Part shown: positions 8,765 to 18,786 of the stretch, in pieces
How the letters are laid out: each line of letters begins with the position of its first letter
How positions within the stretch are numbered: position 1 is the stretch's first letter
From: Bacteriovoracia bacterium
GTDB lineage: Bacteria; Bdellovibrionota; UBA1018; JBFWNL01
Reading direction: 5' to 3'
NCBI GenBank assembly: GCA_050251055.1
Contig: JBFWNL010000009.1
Span: 75,344 to 139,343 of the forward strand
DNA length: 64,000 nt
The notes under the pieces: generated by a model
What the model was told of the DNA's origin: nothing
What the model saw: the letters and a program-made list of their open reading frames with translations, nothing else
Databases searched by the model: none
Translations under genes and position numbers: made by a program

Positions 8765-10353
8765 CCGAGCACGACCTGGTCCATGAGCATGTAAGGCCCG
8801 CCCGATCCGGCGAATACGAGCTCTTTGTGGTATTTGCCGCAGCCGCCGGCATCATTATAAGGGAAGCGTGCTTGGTCCGGGCCCGCGCGCTCGGCTTCGA
8901 TCTTCGACTTGCCTAGGATGGAGTTCAGCACTTCGGGCGTATAACCCGTCATTTGAATCTCCCCTCCCGTCGGCCCCTTGAAGAAACGACCGGTAAGCTT
9001 GCCGCCTTTTACTTCCTTCACGTAGGCCATGCCGACTTGGATACCCATGCCCTTGGGGTCTTCCATGCCGCCGGCCGGTCGCACGGCCAAGAAGCCATCT
9101 TCGATTTGCGCGAGCAGCTGCCCGTAAGTTTCCTCACCGGGGCTGAAATAGGTATTGGTCTGACGCGTATAAACGCCGCTCGCCCAGCTCTCGCGCTTGC
9201 CATTGGCCGTGCGCGGGACGCCCAAACGTACGGCCGAAGTCAGGTTCGTCATCGGCGGCTTGAGTTTACCCGATTCGAGCAGAACCTGTTCCTGCGCGAA
9301 CCAGCCTTCCTCGTCGAAGAAGTAACTACCCCAGGCGGCGTATTTCTGATCGCCGTTCTCGTACATCGCGGGGTTATTCAAAATCGTGGCGTGCCGGTTT
9401 CCCACCAGCTCGCCTGAATGATAGAGATCCCACGCCTTGCTGCGACCGCGGACGCACGTATCGCCTTCTTGCGAATGCCCAAACGCCTCGTGCGCGAGCA
9501 CGCCGGATATACAAGGCGCGAAAAGCACGCGGTACTTACCCGGCTTCAGGCGCTCGGCGTGCTTCAGCCCATGTAGGTCACGGAGGACGTTCTCTAACTC
9601 CACCTCGGGTACTTCGATCACTTCGCGACCGCCGAGACCTCCGACGTAGAAGTAGCTACGTTCTCCCCCCGAGCGTAAGGTCACGTTCGCGGCGAAACGG
9701 TACAACGTTTGGGAAAGGTTCACTTCGCGATCGATGAAGACCGTTTCTTCGAGATGGAACCGCTCCAAAGCGGAGCCGTAGGTGATGTCCTCGGCCTTAA
9801 GACCGAAACGCGGCGCCAACTCCTGGCAACGCGCGAGCAGCTGTTTCAACCGCGCCAAGCGGGCCTCGCCCGCGACGGCGTCCGGCGCGACGTCGAAGCG
9901 AATTCCGAAATGCACGGGAGTGGAAGCCTTCACGTCGGCGGGGACCTGCACGCGAATCTCTTCCTCGAGAGGAAGGGCAAGGCGTTCGCGCCAGCTCGCG
10001 GGCCGATAGGGACGCCGCGGAAGTCCGCGGTAAGTCTCGTCCCCTTGGGCCGCGCGCACGCGCGCGACCAGCTCATCGACGGCCTTGCGAAGCGCCGGGG
10101 CCTCGAGTTCGTCGGTGGCCTTTTCGTACATCGTGACGCCGTCGAAAATCCGCAGCACTACGCCCATCGTGACGTTTTCGCTGACGTTGGTTTTCTTCAA
10201 ATCGGCTTGAAAATAATTTGACGATTTGCATTCAAAATAGACGGAGCCGTACCAGTCGGGAGCAGCTTCTAGAGCCGAGACCAGGGGCGTTAAAGTCTCC
10301 CGAATTTTGACGGTTTCCGGGGAAAGCGGGGCGCGTTTAGTCTGCGAAGTCAT
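8761..10353 (-). CDS. tldD: TldD family metalloprotease
   Basis: GVLAHEAFGHSQEGD zinc motif; GSYFFDEEG; TANGKRES; RQTNTYF; GGCGK. Confidence 0.9.
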   Translation of the reverse strand: MTSQTKRAPLSPETVKIRETLTPLVSALEAAPDWYGSVYFECKSSNYFQADLKKTNVSENVTMGVVLRIFDGVTMYEKATDELEAPALRKAVDELVARVRAAQGDETYRGLPRRPYRPASWRERLALPLEEEIRVQVPADVKASTPVHFGIRFDVAPDAVAGEARLARLKQLLARCQELAPRFGLKAEDITYGSALERFHLEETVFIDREVNLSQTLYRFAANVTLRSGGERSYFYVGGLGGREVIEVPEVELENVLRDLHGLKHAERLKPGKYRVLFAPCISGVLAHEAFGHSQEGDTCVRGRSKAWDLYHSGELVGNRHATILNNPAMYENGDQKYAAWGSYFFDEEGWFAQEQVLLESGKLKPPMTNLTSAVRLGVPRTANGKRESWASGVYTRQTNTYFSPGEETYGQLLAQIEDGFLAVRPAGGMEDPKGMGIQVGMAYVKEVKGGKLTGRFFKGPTGGEIQMTGYTPEVLNSILGKSKIEAERAGPDQARFPYNDAGGCGKYHKELVFAGSGGPYMLMDQVVLG

Positions 10354-10472
10354 AGACTAATGGAGGTAGCCCAAATCCCCGCGAATATCAAAAGCAGACT
10401 TTTGACGCCCTTAGCAGACTGCTTTAGTCCGCTTAGATCAAGGTGTTGGCAGATTCCGTCGAGAAGAAAGGT

Positions 10473-11558
10473 ATGGAACGGTCCATTTCCCTCATTGCTT
10501 TCGCGGGGATGCTCACGGCGTGGGGCATGAGCGGCTGTGCGAAGCCGGGCGATGAAGATCTCTTGCGGCTCACTCGGCGCTCAAGCCATCTCTACCTGGT
10601 AAGTGGCGCCTGCTACGGCGGAACCGCGTCCGTCGCGAGCGGATCATCCACCGTCGCCCGCTACAGCATGTTTACCGGTACTTTCCAAGACGTGGTCTGG
10701 GACTACGCAACAGAGTCCCCGGGCGACGTTCCCGTCGGCATCGCCGAGCTCAACGAAGACGAGCTGCTGGTCACTGTTCATAGCTCCTGGGGCAACCGCA
10801 TCGATCGCGTGGCAAAAGACGGCAGCTCGGCCACGCCGTGGCTAGCCAATGCGGCGTACTTGACCGGAGATTTTCACGCGTTCAGCTTAATGGCCGACGG
10901 ATCGCCGATTCTCACCCGGGGAAACGTCGGTGGCGTCGTGGAAAAGCTGACGACGGCCGGCGCTCGACTCGCGCCCACCGGACTAAGCAACAAGGCGTTC
11001 GTCGAAGGCCCCGTCGGCGCCGGCGGCTGCGGAGCCACGACCACGCTTTCGCGCGTGACGGGCGCGGTCGCGCTGGATGACGGCAAGCTCATTCTGACCA
11101 ACGCCGGAAATTCGCCGAACAACCGCTTGTTGATGGTTTCCGCCACGGGTTACGGCGCGAGCGCGAACTGCCTGGCCGCGACCCAAGTCGGGGCGTCCGC
11201 GAGCTCAAACCCCACGGCCTTGCTCCTTCACTCGAGCGGAAAAGTCGTGGTTGCCTCCGCCGGCACCCTGGGCGCGAACAACTATCTCCACACCTACGAC
11301 GTCGATCCGGCTTCGCCCGCTTTCACGCAAGGCACGCGTGCATACCAAGACCCCGCGGTAGTGAATGGCGTGACGGCGCTGGCGGAAAGCCCCGTCTCCG
11401 GCGAGATTCTGGTAGCCAACGGCCAGCAAGATCTCAACACGATCGAAAAGTTTTCCTTTGACCCCACCACGCGCACCGCGACCCGCGTAGGCGCTCAGCC
11501 CTTCATTCCCGCCAGCGTCTTCACCCGCTGCGTGAGTGGGATGATCGTCGGCTATTGA
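10473..11558 (+). CDS. Hypothetical lipoprotein, probable beta-propeller
   Basis: ATG 10473 gives MERSISLIAFAGMLTAWGMSGC lipobox; beta-rich repetitive segments. Confidence 0.65.
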   Translation: MERSISLIAFAGMLTAWGMSGCAKPGDEDLLRLTRRSSHLYLVSGACYGGTASVASGSSTVARYSMFTGTFQDVVWDYATESPGDVPVGIAELNEDELLVTVHSSWGNRIDRVAKDGSSATPWLANAAYLTGDFHAFSLMADGSPILTRGNVGGVVEKLTTAGARLAPTGLSNKAFVEGPVGAGGCGATTTLSRVTGAVALDDGKLILTNAGNSPNNRLLMVSATGYGASANCLAATQVGASASSNPTALLLHSSGKVVVASAGTLGANNYLHTYDVDPASPAFTQGTRAYQDPAVVNGVTALAESPVSGEILVANGQQDLNTIEKFSFDPTTRTATRVGAQPFIPASVFTRCVSGMIVGY

Positions 11559-11570
11559 AAACCCCGCGCG

Positions 11571-12233
11571 CTACTCGGTTTCTTTCGTCTCTTCTTTCAC
11601 CGGTAGAATCATCCCGGCTAGGTCTATCCGGATATCGCACAAGGTGACGAGCGGGCGATAAACGCTGATACCGCCCCCGCGGCTCCGACGGGCCACGCGC
11701 TTTTTGAAACATTGCACATGGGTACCTCGGTAAGAGGGATGCCCCCAATTTCCGGGATACTCCACGCCGTGCTTGGCAAGATGCTCATACAGGAACGTGG
11801 CCACATCCCCCTTGAGCTGCAGGAAAAAATCAGGGTCGGCGGCGTTCGGCGAGCAAACCACGCCTTGGAACCGGATCTCCCGTTTCGGGTCGGTTAAGTC
11901 GCCGCGCATGCGAACATCATCGCGCTTCAGCAGGGTCGGAGCGCCCTGACGATCCAGAATCATCATCGCATAGGGCCGTGGGCCGTACTGGGTTTCCAAA
12001 TCCGTCCACACGAGATTCGCCATCTCACCTAGCTGCAGTCCTTCCTTGAAGGATTTAGCGCCGCCCCAGCCCAGCTCGATGCGGATCGCACTTTGCTCGG
12101 AATCTTCCCAGTAAATCGCCGCCTCGGTGGCGATTCCTTCGCGACCCGCTTCCGCGGACGTGGCCCGCACGCCCATCCCGGCACTCAAAGCCAAGCAAGC
12201 CATCACCACATTTAATAAGAGAGATTTTTTCAT
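11571..12233 (-). CDS. Hypothetical secreted protein
   Basis: MKKSLLL... signal peptide, AGGGG RBS; no recognised domain. Confidence 0.65.
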   Translation of the reverse strand: MKKSLLLNVVMACLALSAGMGVRATSAEAGREGIATEAAIYWEDSEQSAIRIELGWGGAKSFKEGLQLGEMANLVWTDLETQYGPRPYAMMILDRQGAPTLLKRDDVRMRGDLTDPKREIRFQGVVCSPNAADPDFFLQLKGDVATFLYEHLAKHGVEYPGNWGHPSYRGTHVQCFKKRVARRSRGGGISVYRPLVTLCDIRIDLAGMILPVKEETKETE

Positions 12234-12341
12234 CGGCTACCCCTACGACTCATCCAGACCGAAGTCAGTCGGGGCTACCTAGCAATTTCATTGCGCCGAG
12301 TCAACACCCGCGGCCGTCACCGCAAGGACTAGCGCCATGCA

Positions 12342-12599
12342 TTACTTTTGTTCCGTCTTCGGAAAACGCCCGTAGATGACGTTACCGGCGGAATCCACCG
12401 TGGCCTGTTCAGGCGCCTGAATACGCTTGCGGATTTCTTGCGAAAGTTCCGCCATCGTTTCGGCCACGGCGACGAACGCTTCTTGAGACACGTTGATCAC
12501 GCTAGGGCCAAAGCTCAGATGCACTACTCCGCACCCACAAGCACGAACATAGAATTGATCTGTATTCGTCATTACGCATGGACCACCGTGATTGCTCAT
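12342..12599 (-). CDS. Small hypothetical protein with CxCGxxH motif
   Basis: AAGGAG RBS before ATG 12599; ACGCGVVHL motif. Confidence 0.6.
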   Translation of the reverse strand: MSNHGGPCVMTNTDQFYVRACGCGVVHLSFGPSVINVSQEAFVAVAETMAELSQEIRKRIQAPEQATVDSAGNVIYGRFPKTEQK

Positions 12600-12640
12600 G
12601 AGAAACACTCCTTAAATGTAGCTTTACAAGCAGCACCAAA

Positions 12641-12662
12641 GATGAGAATGATTCTCATTATT
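12641..12662. promoter_or_regulatory. Fur-box-like operator
   Basis: GATGAGAATGATTCTCATTATT; palindromic ATGAGAA-N3-TTCTCAT similar to the Fur consensus, between divergent genes. Confidence 0.7.
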
Positions 12663-12740
12663 AATGAAAGCCGTTTCGAGGTCAAGGATATTCCTCCGGG
12701 TTGTCTTGGCTGACGGCGAGTTTATAAAGAAGAGGAGCCT

Positions 12741-13718
12741 ATGAATTATCTGCCTACTCTAATGATGGCTTTCGCCGCCGTCGTTTCCGTCAACCATGCA
12801 AACGCGGCCGACACGCAACTCGAACGCGGCCTGAGCGCCCTCAAGAGCATGACCGGCTGTTACCTCGTGGACTACAGCTACACCGAAACCGAGTCCCTCA
12901 AGGAAGGTTACGAGCGCGACAAACGTGTTTACGACGTCAATCAGGACAAGTCGGTAAAGGAATGGGTCTTCGCCGATAGGGTTTCCGACACCCGTGTGCG
13001 CATGCAGCACGTGCTGTTCGCGACCGACCTGAACGGAAAAATTTTCGACGGCGCGTTTCTGCGCCACACCGGCGAAGACTGGGAATACGATGCACCTTTC
13101 TTATATGATTACCAAGGCCCGCTCGTTTGGAACGTGAAGGACCTTAAGGAAAGCAAAGGTAAATGGACCCGCCGCGTGACGAACCTCGACGACGGCCTAC
13201 GTTACCAGTGCGCCGCCGCCTGGGAAATGGGCACGGCGTACCCGGAGTGGACATGCGACGGTTACGCGCCCATTCCCGGCCGCGAAACCCGCGACATGGG
13301 CCGCAAAGACTACAACACGCTTCAACGCTCCACCCGCATCGTCGCTTATGGCACGAACTGGCTCGAGCGCCAGGCCAACACGAAGATCATCCACGGCAAG
13401 GACAACTCCCGCACGCCGCTCGCCAAAGAACTGGGGAAGAACTGGTACGTTCGCCTGCCTGACTCCGAATGCGCGCCGGCCGTGAAATTCATCGAACCGC
13501 AGCTTCCCTTCTGGACGCTCGTGCGCGAAACCTGGGATGAAGTATTCACCGGAGATCGCCCATTCATCGAAAAGGTGCCACAAGCCGCGCCCCCTCGCTT
13601 CATCCGCGTGATGGAACTCGAGGAAGAATACGCAGCGAAGGACCTGAAAAACCCCGACGTGCGCAAAGCCGCGCGGGCGGAGCTGCTGAAGATCATCGCC
13701 GATTACCGTAGCAACTGA
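12741..13718 (+). CDS. Secreted DUF6607-like protein
   Basis: Signal peptide; GCYLVDYSYTETE, RVRMQHVL, WTRRVTNLDDGLRY and PIPGRE motifs recalled from DUF6607; AGGAG RBS. Confidence 0.65.
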   Translation: MNYLPTLMMAFAAVVSVNHANAADTQLERGLSALKSMTGCYLVDYSYTETESLKEGYERDKRVYDVNQDKSVKEWVFADRVSDTRVRMQHVLFATDLNGKIFDGAFLRHTGEDWEYDAPFLYDYQGPLVWNVKDLKESKGKWTRRVTNLDDGLRYQCAAAWEMGTAYPEWTCDGYAPIPGRETRDMGRKDYNTLQRSTRIVAYGTNWLERQANTKIIHGKDNSRTPLAKELGKNWYVRLPDSECAPAVKFIEPQLPFWTLVRETWDEVFTGDRPFIEKVPQAAPPRFIRVMELEEEYAAKDLKNPDVRKAARAELLKIIADYRSN

Positions 13719-15346
13719 GGCAGCGGCTGCATGCGGTCGCCCAGCACGGCTGCCGTGAAGGTCCCTGTACGCGGGCTGACATAGTTGGGGTCGATTCCTG
13801 AACGGAAAACGTTGTTGCCGTTCGCGTCCACTGGGATCACTAGATTCGCGTAGCCGTTCGCTACGCCGCCGGGGTTGGCATAGTCTTCCGGCGCCAGGCC
13901 CATCGCCCGCATCACGCTCACCCACCAGCGCTGCAGCGGCAGCCCCGGGAAGGAACGAGCCCAACTGACGTCCGCCTCATTTTCCACCACGTGGTTATCG
14001 AGGTTGCGAAAGTCGTGGTATTGGCCCGTGTTCAGGCGACCACCGGCGCTGCCAAAGGACATGAGGAAAGCTTCGCGCTGAAGGTGGGTCGTAGGCCCCG
14101 CCTCGTTTTGATAGACCACGAGCGATTGATCAAGTAGCGAGCCTCCCGCACCCGACGGCATGCTGTCGAGGGTCTGCAGCAAGGGTTTGAGCAGATACTC
14201 GAACACTCGCCGCTGACTCCGCACGTAGATGCGTTGACGTTCGGGATTCGTGTGGGCATGAGCGATGTGGTTATGGAAATCGGAAGAACCGATTTCCGAA
14301 TTCGTGCTCATCGTGTCAGGGATGCCGATCGTGGCGATGCGGGTCGCCCCGCAGCTGAGGGCGATCGTGATGATCTCGATCATGTGCTGCCAATAAAGCG
14401 CCGTGTAGGTCGGATCATAGTACGCTTCGTTCGGATCGTAGTTGACGCGCTGATAGCGGGAGCGCGGCATGGGCTGACACGTGAAGGTCGTTGGCGCCAG
14501 GCGGCGCTGCAGGTCCGTAAGGAGCGAAACGAACTGGTCGATGCGGTTACGATCTTGGCCGCTCATGCGCGCCGCGGGACCATACGCGCTGCGGGTTACC
14601 CGCCGATAATCCTCGAGCACCCGGTCGATCAAGAAAGTCCGGTTCGGCGCGGCTTGCCCCGAGGTATCCGGAAAGAGCGCATCAAACAGCTCGTTCGGCC
14701 AGTAATACTGCCCGGCGCGGGTGGAGGGGTTGGCCGGCGCGAAGGACATACTCCAACGTCCCAACCCTACCGTCCGTAGCCGAGGATTTTGCGGATAGAA
14801 TCCAGGCGCGGCGGCGATCGTGTGGTCGAGCGACTGCACAAACGGGCCGATACCCGGCATGCGATTGGGCTCTCCGTTCGTGTAGGTCTGGTTGCCCAAG
14901 AACTGTCCCACCGAGTGCTCCGGGTTAAACAGCTGGTCCACGCCGCGATACATATTCATGCGCGTGAGATAAGGATTCATGAAACTGCCCAACATCCGCG
15001 ATAGGCGCGCCTGGCCCGCGTCGGGGTCCGCCTCCGGATTTCCGAGGGGGCTATTATCCACGGTTTTCAGATTGTTCAGCTCACCTTTGCGCACGTAATA
15101 GTTCGGATAGAGGAGACTCTCGGAAATGCCCCCGATCGCTCCGCGCGTGTACTGGGTGGCCACCGCGTTGGGATAAAAATTCACGGGATGGAAACCGCCG
15201 TGCCCCTGCGCGGTGTAAATGAGTGCACGGGGAGGGCCGTCCGCTGCCTCCGCTCGAGTCAGGAGCGAGGGTAGAAACGGGAGGGCTAGGGTCGCCCCGC
15301 CCACTCCCTGCAAAAAATGCCGCCGAGAAAGCTTCGTTTGCTTCAT
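13703..15346 (-). CDS. DUF1552 (HxxSHH-like) Tat-exported protein
   Basis: MKQTKLSRRHFLQG.GG..LALPFL N-terminus; ALSCGATRIATI; FHNHIAH; SLLDQSLVV. Confidence 0.85.
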   Translation of the reverse strand: MKQTKLSRRHFLQGVGGATLALPFLPSLLTRAEAADGPPRALIYTAQGHGGFHPVNFYPNAVATQYTRGAIGGISESLLYPNYYVRKGELNNLKTVDNSPLGNPEADPDAGQARLSRMLGSFMNPYLTRMNMYRGVDQLFNPEHSVGQFLGNQTYTNGEPNRMPGIGPFVQSLDHTIAAAPGFYPQNPRLRTVGLGRWSMSFAPANPSTRAGQYYWPNELFDALFPDTSGQAAPNRTFLIDRVLEDYRRVTRSAYGPAARMSGQDRNRIDQFVSLLTDLQRRLAPTTFTCQPMPRSRYQRVNYDPNEAYYDPTYTALYWQHMIEIITIALSCGATRIATIGIPDTMSTNSEIGSSDFHNHIAHAHTNPERQRIYVRSQRRVFEYLLKPLLQTLDSMPSGAGGSLLDQSLVVYQNEAGPTTHLQREAFLMSFGSAGGRLNTGQYHDFRNLDNHVVENEADVSWARSFPGLPLQRWWVSVMRAMGLAPEDYANPGGVANGYANLVIPVDANGNNVFRSGIDPNYVSPRTGTFTAAVLGDRMQPLPQLLR

Positions 15347-15347
15347 A

Positions 15348-18300
15348 TTAAGGAGCCCCACCTTTTCGAAGTTTGAAGTGCGGATGCGTGGCGATCGCCC
15401 GCATCACCGACTTGATGTCGCGCTGGCCGCCCTGGGTCGCCTGTTGAAACATCTGCTGTACCATGCAGGCATCCCCGCCCGTCAGGTCTTCCGACTTGCG
15501 GAAGCTGTAGCGAAACCACTGACGCGAGAAGCACGCCTCGCCCTTGAGCGAATCGGCGATCATCCGTGAAAGCGTGACCCCATCCATTGAGGTTCGACTA
15601 TCCTGGCTGAAGATCAGTGGAATCGTGGCCGAGTCCACTGTCGCCCGGCGCAGCTCCATCCCCGCTTGCCCACTTGTATCCGAGTAATAAACTATTTCCT
15701 GCTCCCGGTCGCGTCCGAAAGAATCGTAATTCTCCAGTGCAAATCCGAGCGGGTTGATCTGCGTCGTGTGACAGCCGGCGCAAGCGGTACCAGGAATCTG
15801 CGTAATCGCCTCGACGTACTGACGGGTGGTTTGATCCGGCGTGATCATCGCGGTCGCCGGAGTATTGTTATCCGCGGGCGGAAGCAGCGTATCGCAAAGA
15901 ATGCGACGGCGAATGTCAGCGCCTCGGATAATTGGCCGGGTCTTGGCCGAACCCGTGAACGAGGTCTGCGCACGCGTAAGGATGCCCGCGCGAGTGCCGG
16001 CGGGGAACCTAACGAGGTTGGTCGGCGACCCACCCCACGGAGCGACGTTATAGATCGCCGAGGCGAGGTTTCCGGCGCGGGCGAACGAGGCATCCGAAAG
16101 CAGGAGGTCGCGATAAGTGCCTTGGTTCGCGAAGTAGTGGCCGGTCAGACTGTACATCTCGTCGATCATCTCCTGGCGAACGGACGCCATGTTAATGCCG
16201 CTCACCTGCAGGGTCGCAATGAAGGATTGAGTGGAGGGAAGATTGTTGATTGCCGGGGTATCTTCCAACTTCAGCCATTCATTAAAGAATGTACGCACGC
16301 CAGTCACGGTCTTCGCGGAGCCGACCACCCGATCCAGCTGGGCGGCAAAGCCCGCGGTGGTCAAAAGGCTGCCGTCCGCCGCCGCGGCGAAAAGCGCGGA
16401 ATCCGGCATGCTCTGCCAGAACGTGTACGAGAGACGCGCAGCGATCTCGTAACCCGTCAACGGATAGAGATAGCTCGTTCCCGCCTGAGCGTTGGCGCCA
16501 TTTTCGAAGTGATGCAGGAAATAGGGTGTCGTCAGCATTACGACGAGCGTATTGCGAAACCCACCATTGCTCGCGTCGTTGAAGATGCCTTGCAGGTAAC
16601 TAAGATCATCTGGCTCAAGCAGCGGCCGACGATACGTAAGGCGGCCCACCTCGCGCAAGAAGGCGTCCCGGCAAGTCGCGGAAACCGGGATCGTCGTGGC
16701 GCAGGCGCCGCCGATCTTTTGGAGCTTGGCGGCGGTGTTTGTGAGTTCGGTCGCGATGATCTCCGCCGCTTCGAAATACTTATCCACGTGGAGCGCGGTC
16801 AAGGACTCATCCATGCCGGCCATGGTCGAATGCGCATCTTTGGGGATAGATCCGATCGGCGCTCCCGCGGCGTTCATGGCGGCCGCTATCTCCGTCTCGG
16901 TATAGGCTTTCGTCCGCATGAGATCTTGGAGCGAGTTCACGTATTCCACTTTCTTCAGTCGCTTGAGTACGCTCACCGACGGCTCCGCCGTAGCGTTACA
17001 AGAAAACCCTTGGTGCGTCGGGAAATCCCCCATATCTGGGCTCGCAGTCATGCCGTTGATCCAATTACTGAGCTTCGCCGCCTCCACCTCATTGAAGGTG
17101 CCCAGCGCGGGCGGCATATTCGCGGCTCCGGAAGTGCCGACAAAGCGCGTGCGCTGCACGAGGCGCGAGCCCGCGGCGTTGCCCGCTACCACGAGGCCAG
17201 AAGCGACAAACTCCGCCTCGGTCGCGTAGTCCAGACGCGCGGAAGGCACACTGCCCGCGGGATTGTGACAACTCGTGCAGTACGTCTGCAAAACCATGCG
17301 GGCCGCCTCGAACCGATCCACCGGCAGCGTGATCGTGACGTTCACGGTGGCGGTAGCGGTCAATCCACCCGAATCGCGAATCGTATACTGGAAAGAGTCC
17401 GCCCCGCTCGCGGACGCGCCCGCCGTGTAAGTAACGGTCGAAGCGCTGATCACGGTCGTGCCCTTGGTGGCGCCCGTGGCGCTCACCACCTGAATGGCTT
17501 GACCGTCCGGGTCGGAGTCATTTGTCAGCACGTTCACGGTAACACTCTGCCCCTGCTCCACGGCCGTGGCGTCATTCAGGGCGATCGGCGCGCGATTGGG
17601 CGGGAGGGTCACCACGACCGAGACCGTCGCCGTCGCGGTTAACCCTAGCGGATCACGCACGGTGTAGGTGAAGGCGTCCGTGCTCGCGAAGTTCCCGCTC
17701 GGCGTGTAGACGATATTCATGCCGGAGATCGAGATCGTGCCGCGACTAGGGTTCGTTGCCGAGCTGATCGTCAGCGAATCGCCGTCGGGATCCGAGTCGT
17801 TCGCCAACACCTGGACAGAAACGCTTTGGCCGTACACCACCGTCGAAGCGTCGTTCTGGGCGACGGGCGGCCGATTCGGATTCGCGGAAATATTTACCGT
17901 CACCGTACCCGTAGCGGTACCGCCGCGGCCGTCGGAGGCCACATACGTGAACGTGGTGCTGACATTGGGAGTGGCGGGCGCCAGGTAGCTCACTTGCGAG
18001 CCCGAAATCGCCGCCGTACCCCGGCCTGGCGCGGTGATACTCATTAACGTCAGGGCGTCGCCGTCAGGATCCGAGTCGTTCGCCAATACGGAAATCAGGA
18101 TGGCTTGCGAGGGCAGCACGGTGACCGTGTCATTTACCGCGACGGGGGCGCGATTAGGTAGCGGAAGAATGGAAACTGTGACCGAAGACGTGGCGATTTC
18201 TCCGCGGCCGTCGGAAATCGTGTAGCCGAATACGTCTTCTACATTGGCGAGACTGCCGGCCACGTAGCGAATCTGGCCATCAAGAATCTCCGTGGTGCCG

Positions 18301-18563
18301 TAAGTGGCCTCCCCCACATTCAAGATGGTCAGGGCATCGCCATCCGGGTCGGAGTCGTTCGCCAACACGGGAATCACCAAAGTCGCGCCAACGATGACCG
18401 AAGCCGTGTCCGGCCGGGCCAGCGGAGCCGCGTCCTCCGGGGCCGCCTGCTGCGCTTGGCCTGGACGACGCGCTTCCGAGTAAAGCTTGGGCTGAAAAAA
18501 ACAGCCCGAGGCGCTAAGTGCGAATATTCCCAAAGCGATTCTGAATGAAAGCATCGTCTTCAC
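15348..18563 (-). CDS. Lipoprotein: four cadherin/Ig-like repeats + cytochrome c + DUF1587/1595/1592/1588/1585-type domains
   Basis: Lipobox ASGC; 4x VLxNDSDPDG repeats; CTSCH and CAGCH; LKRL...EY.NSL.DL, YEIAARLSYTFWQSMPD, RAGILT, INPLGFALENYD..GR. Confidence 0.85.
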   Translation of the reverse strand: MKTMLSFRIALGIFALSASGCFFQPKLYSEARRPGQAQQAAPEDAAPLARPDTASVIVGATLVIPVLANDSDPDGDALTILNVGEATYGTTEILDGQIRYVAGSLANVEDVFGYTISDGRGEIATSSVTVSILPLPNRAPVAVNDTVTVLPSQAILISVLANDSDPDGDALTLMSITAPGRGTAAISGSQVSYLAPATPNVSTTFTYVASDGRGGTATGTVTVNISANPNRPPVAQNDASTVVYGQSVSVQVLANDSDPDGDSLTISSATNPSRGTISISGMNIVYTPSGNFASTDAFTYTVRDPLGLTATATVSVVVTLPPNRAPIALNDATAVEQGQSVTVNVLTNDSDPDGQAIQVVSATGATKGTTVISASTVTYTAGASASGADSFQYTIRDSGGLTATATVNVTITLPVDRFEAARMVLQTYCTSCHNPAGSVPSARLDYATEAEFVASGLVVAGNAAGSRLVQRTRFVGTSGAANMPPALGTFNEVEAAKLSNWINGMTASPDMGDFPTHQGFSCNATAEPSVSVLKRLKKVEYVNSLQDLMRTKAYTETEIAAAMNAAGAPIGSIPKDAHSTMAGMDESLTALHVDKYFEAAEIIATELTNTAAKLQKIGGACATTIPVSATCRDAFLREVGRLTYRRPLLEPDDLSYLQGIFNDASNGGFRNTLVVMLTTPYFLHHFENGANAQAGTSYLYPLTGYEIAARLSYTFWQSMPDSALFAAAADGSLLTTAGFAAQLDRVVGSAKTVTGVRTFFNEWLKLEDTPAINNLPSTQSFIATLQVSGINMASVRQEMIDEMYSLTGHYFANQGTYRDLLLSDASFARAGNLASAIYNVAPWGGSPTNLVRFPAGTRAGILTRAQTSFTGSAKTRPIIRGADIRRRILCDTLLPPADNNTPATAMITPDQTTRQYVEAITQIPGTACAGCHTTQINPLGFALENYDSFGRDREQEIVYYSDTSGQAGMELRRATVDSATIPLIFSQDSRTSMDGVTLSRMIADSLKGEACFSRQWFRYSFRKSEDLTGGDACMVQQMFQQATQGGQRDIKSVMRAIATHPHFKLRKGGAP
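17330..18430 (-). repeat. Four tandem ~90-95 aa cadherin/Ig-like (Big_9-type) coding repeats; boundaries approximate
   Basis: Repeated P.A.ND....V.VLANDSDPDGD.L.I......GT......I.Y......D.F.YT..D..G..AT..V.V. Confidence 0.85.
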
Positions 18564-18786
18564 GTTCGAACCTCATCGAGTTACATGCGTAGATTCGATA
18601 TGCATCCAGTCGTGAAGGAACGTACGGTAGACGCGGACTGCCTGCTCACTTAGGATAATCCCGGCCGGCCCCGCCCCTCCACGATCCCGCGCCGCCTTAA
18701 CCACTTCGTGTTTCCCCGTGTTGACGCGGTTTGGGGTGCTTACGACACACTACCTCGAGAGGAATTCGCCTTTACAAGGTCTCATA

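Noticed and set aside
15666-17642. Long + strand ORF (658 aa); similar shadows at 4704-5903, 6185-7159, 52199-53248 and 62241-63314
   Set aside because: Antisense or alternative-frame shadows of well-supported genes in GC-rich DNA; Arg-rich and motif-less.
17330-18430. Recurrent DNA repeats as a possible CRISPR array or DGR template
   Set aside because: They are in-frame degenerate Ig-domain coding repeats; no cas or reverse transcriptase genes in the window.
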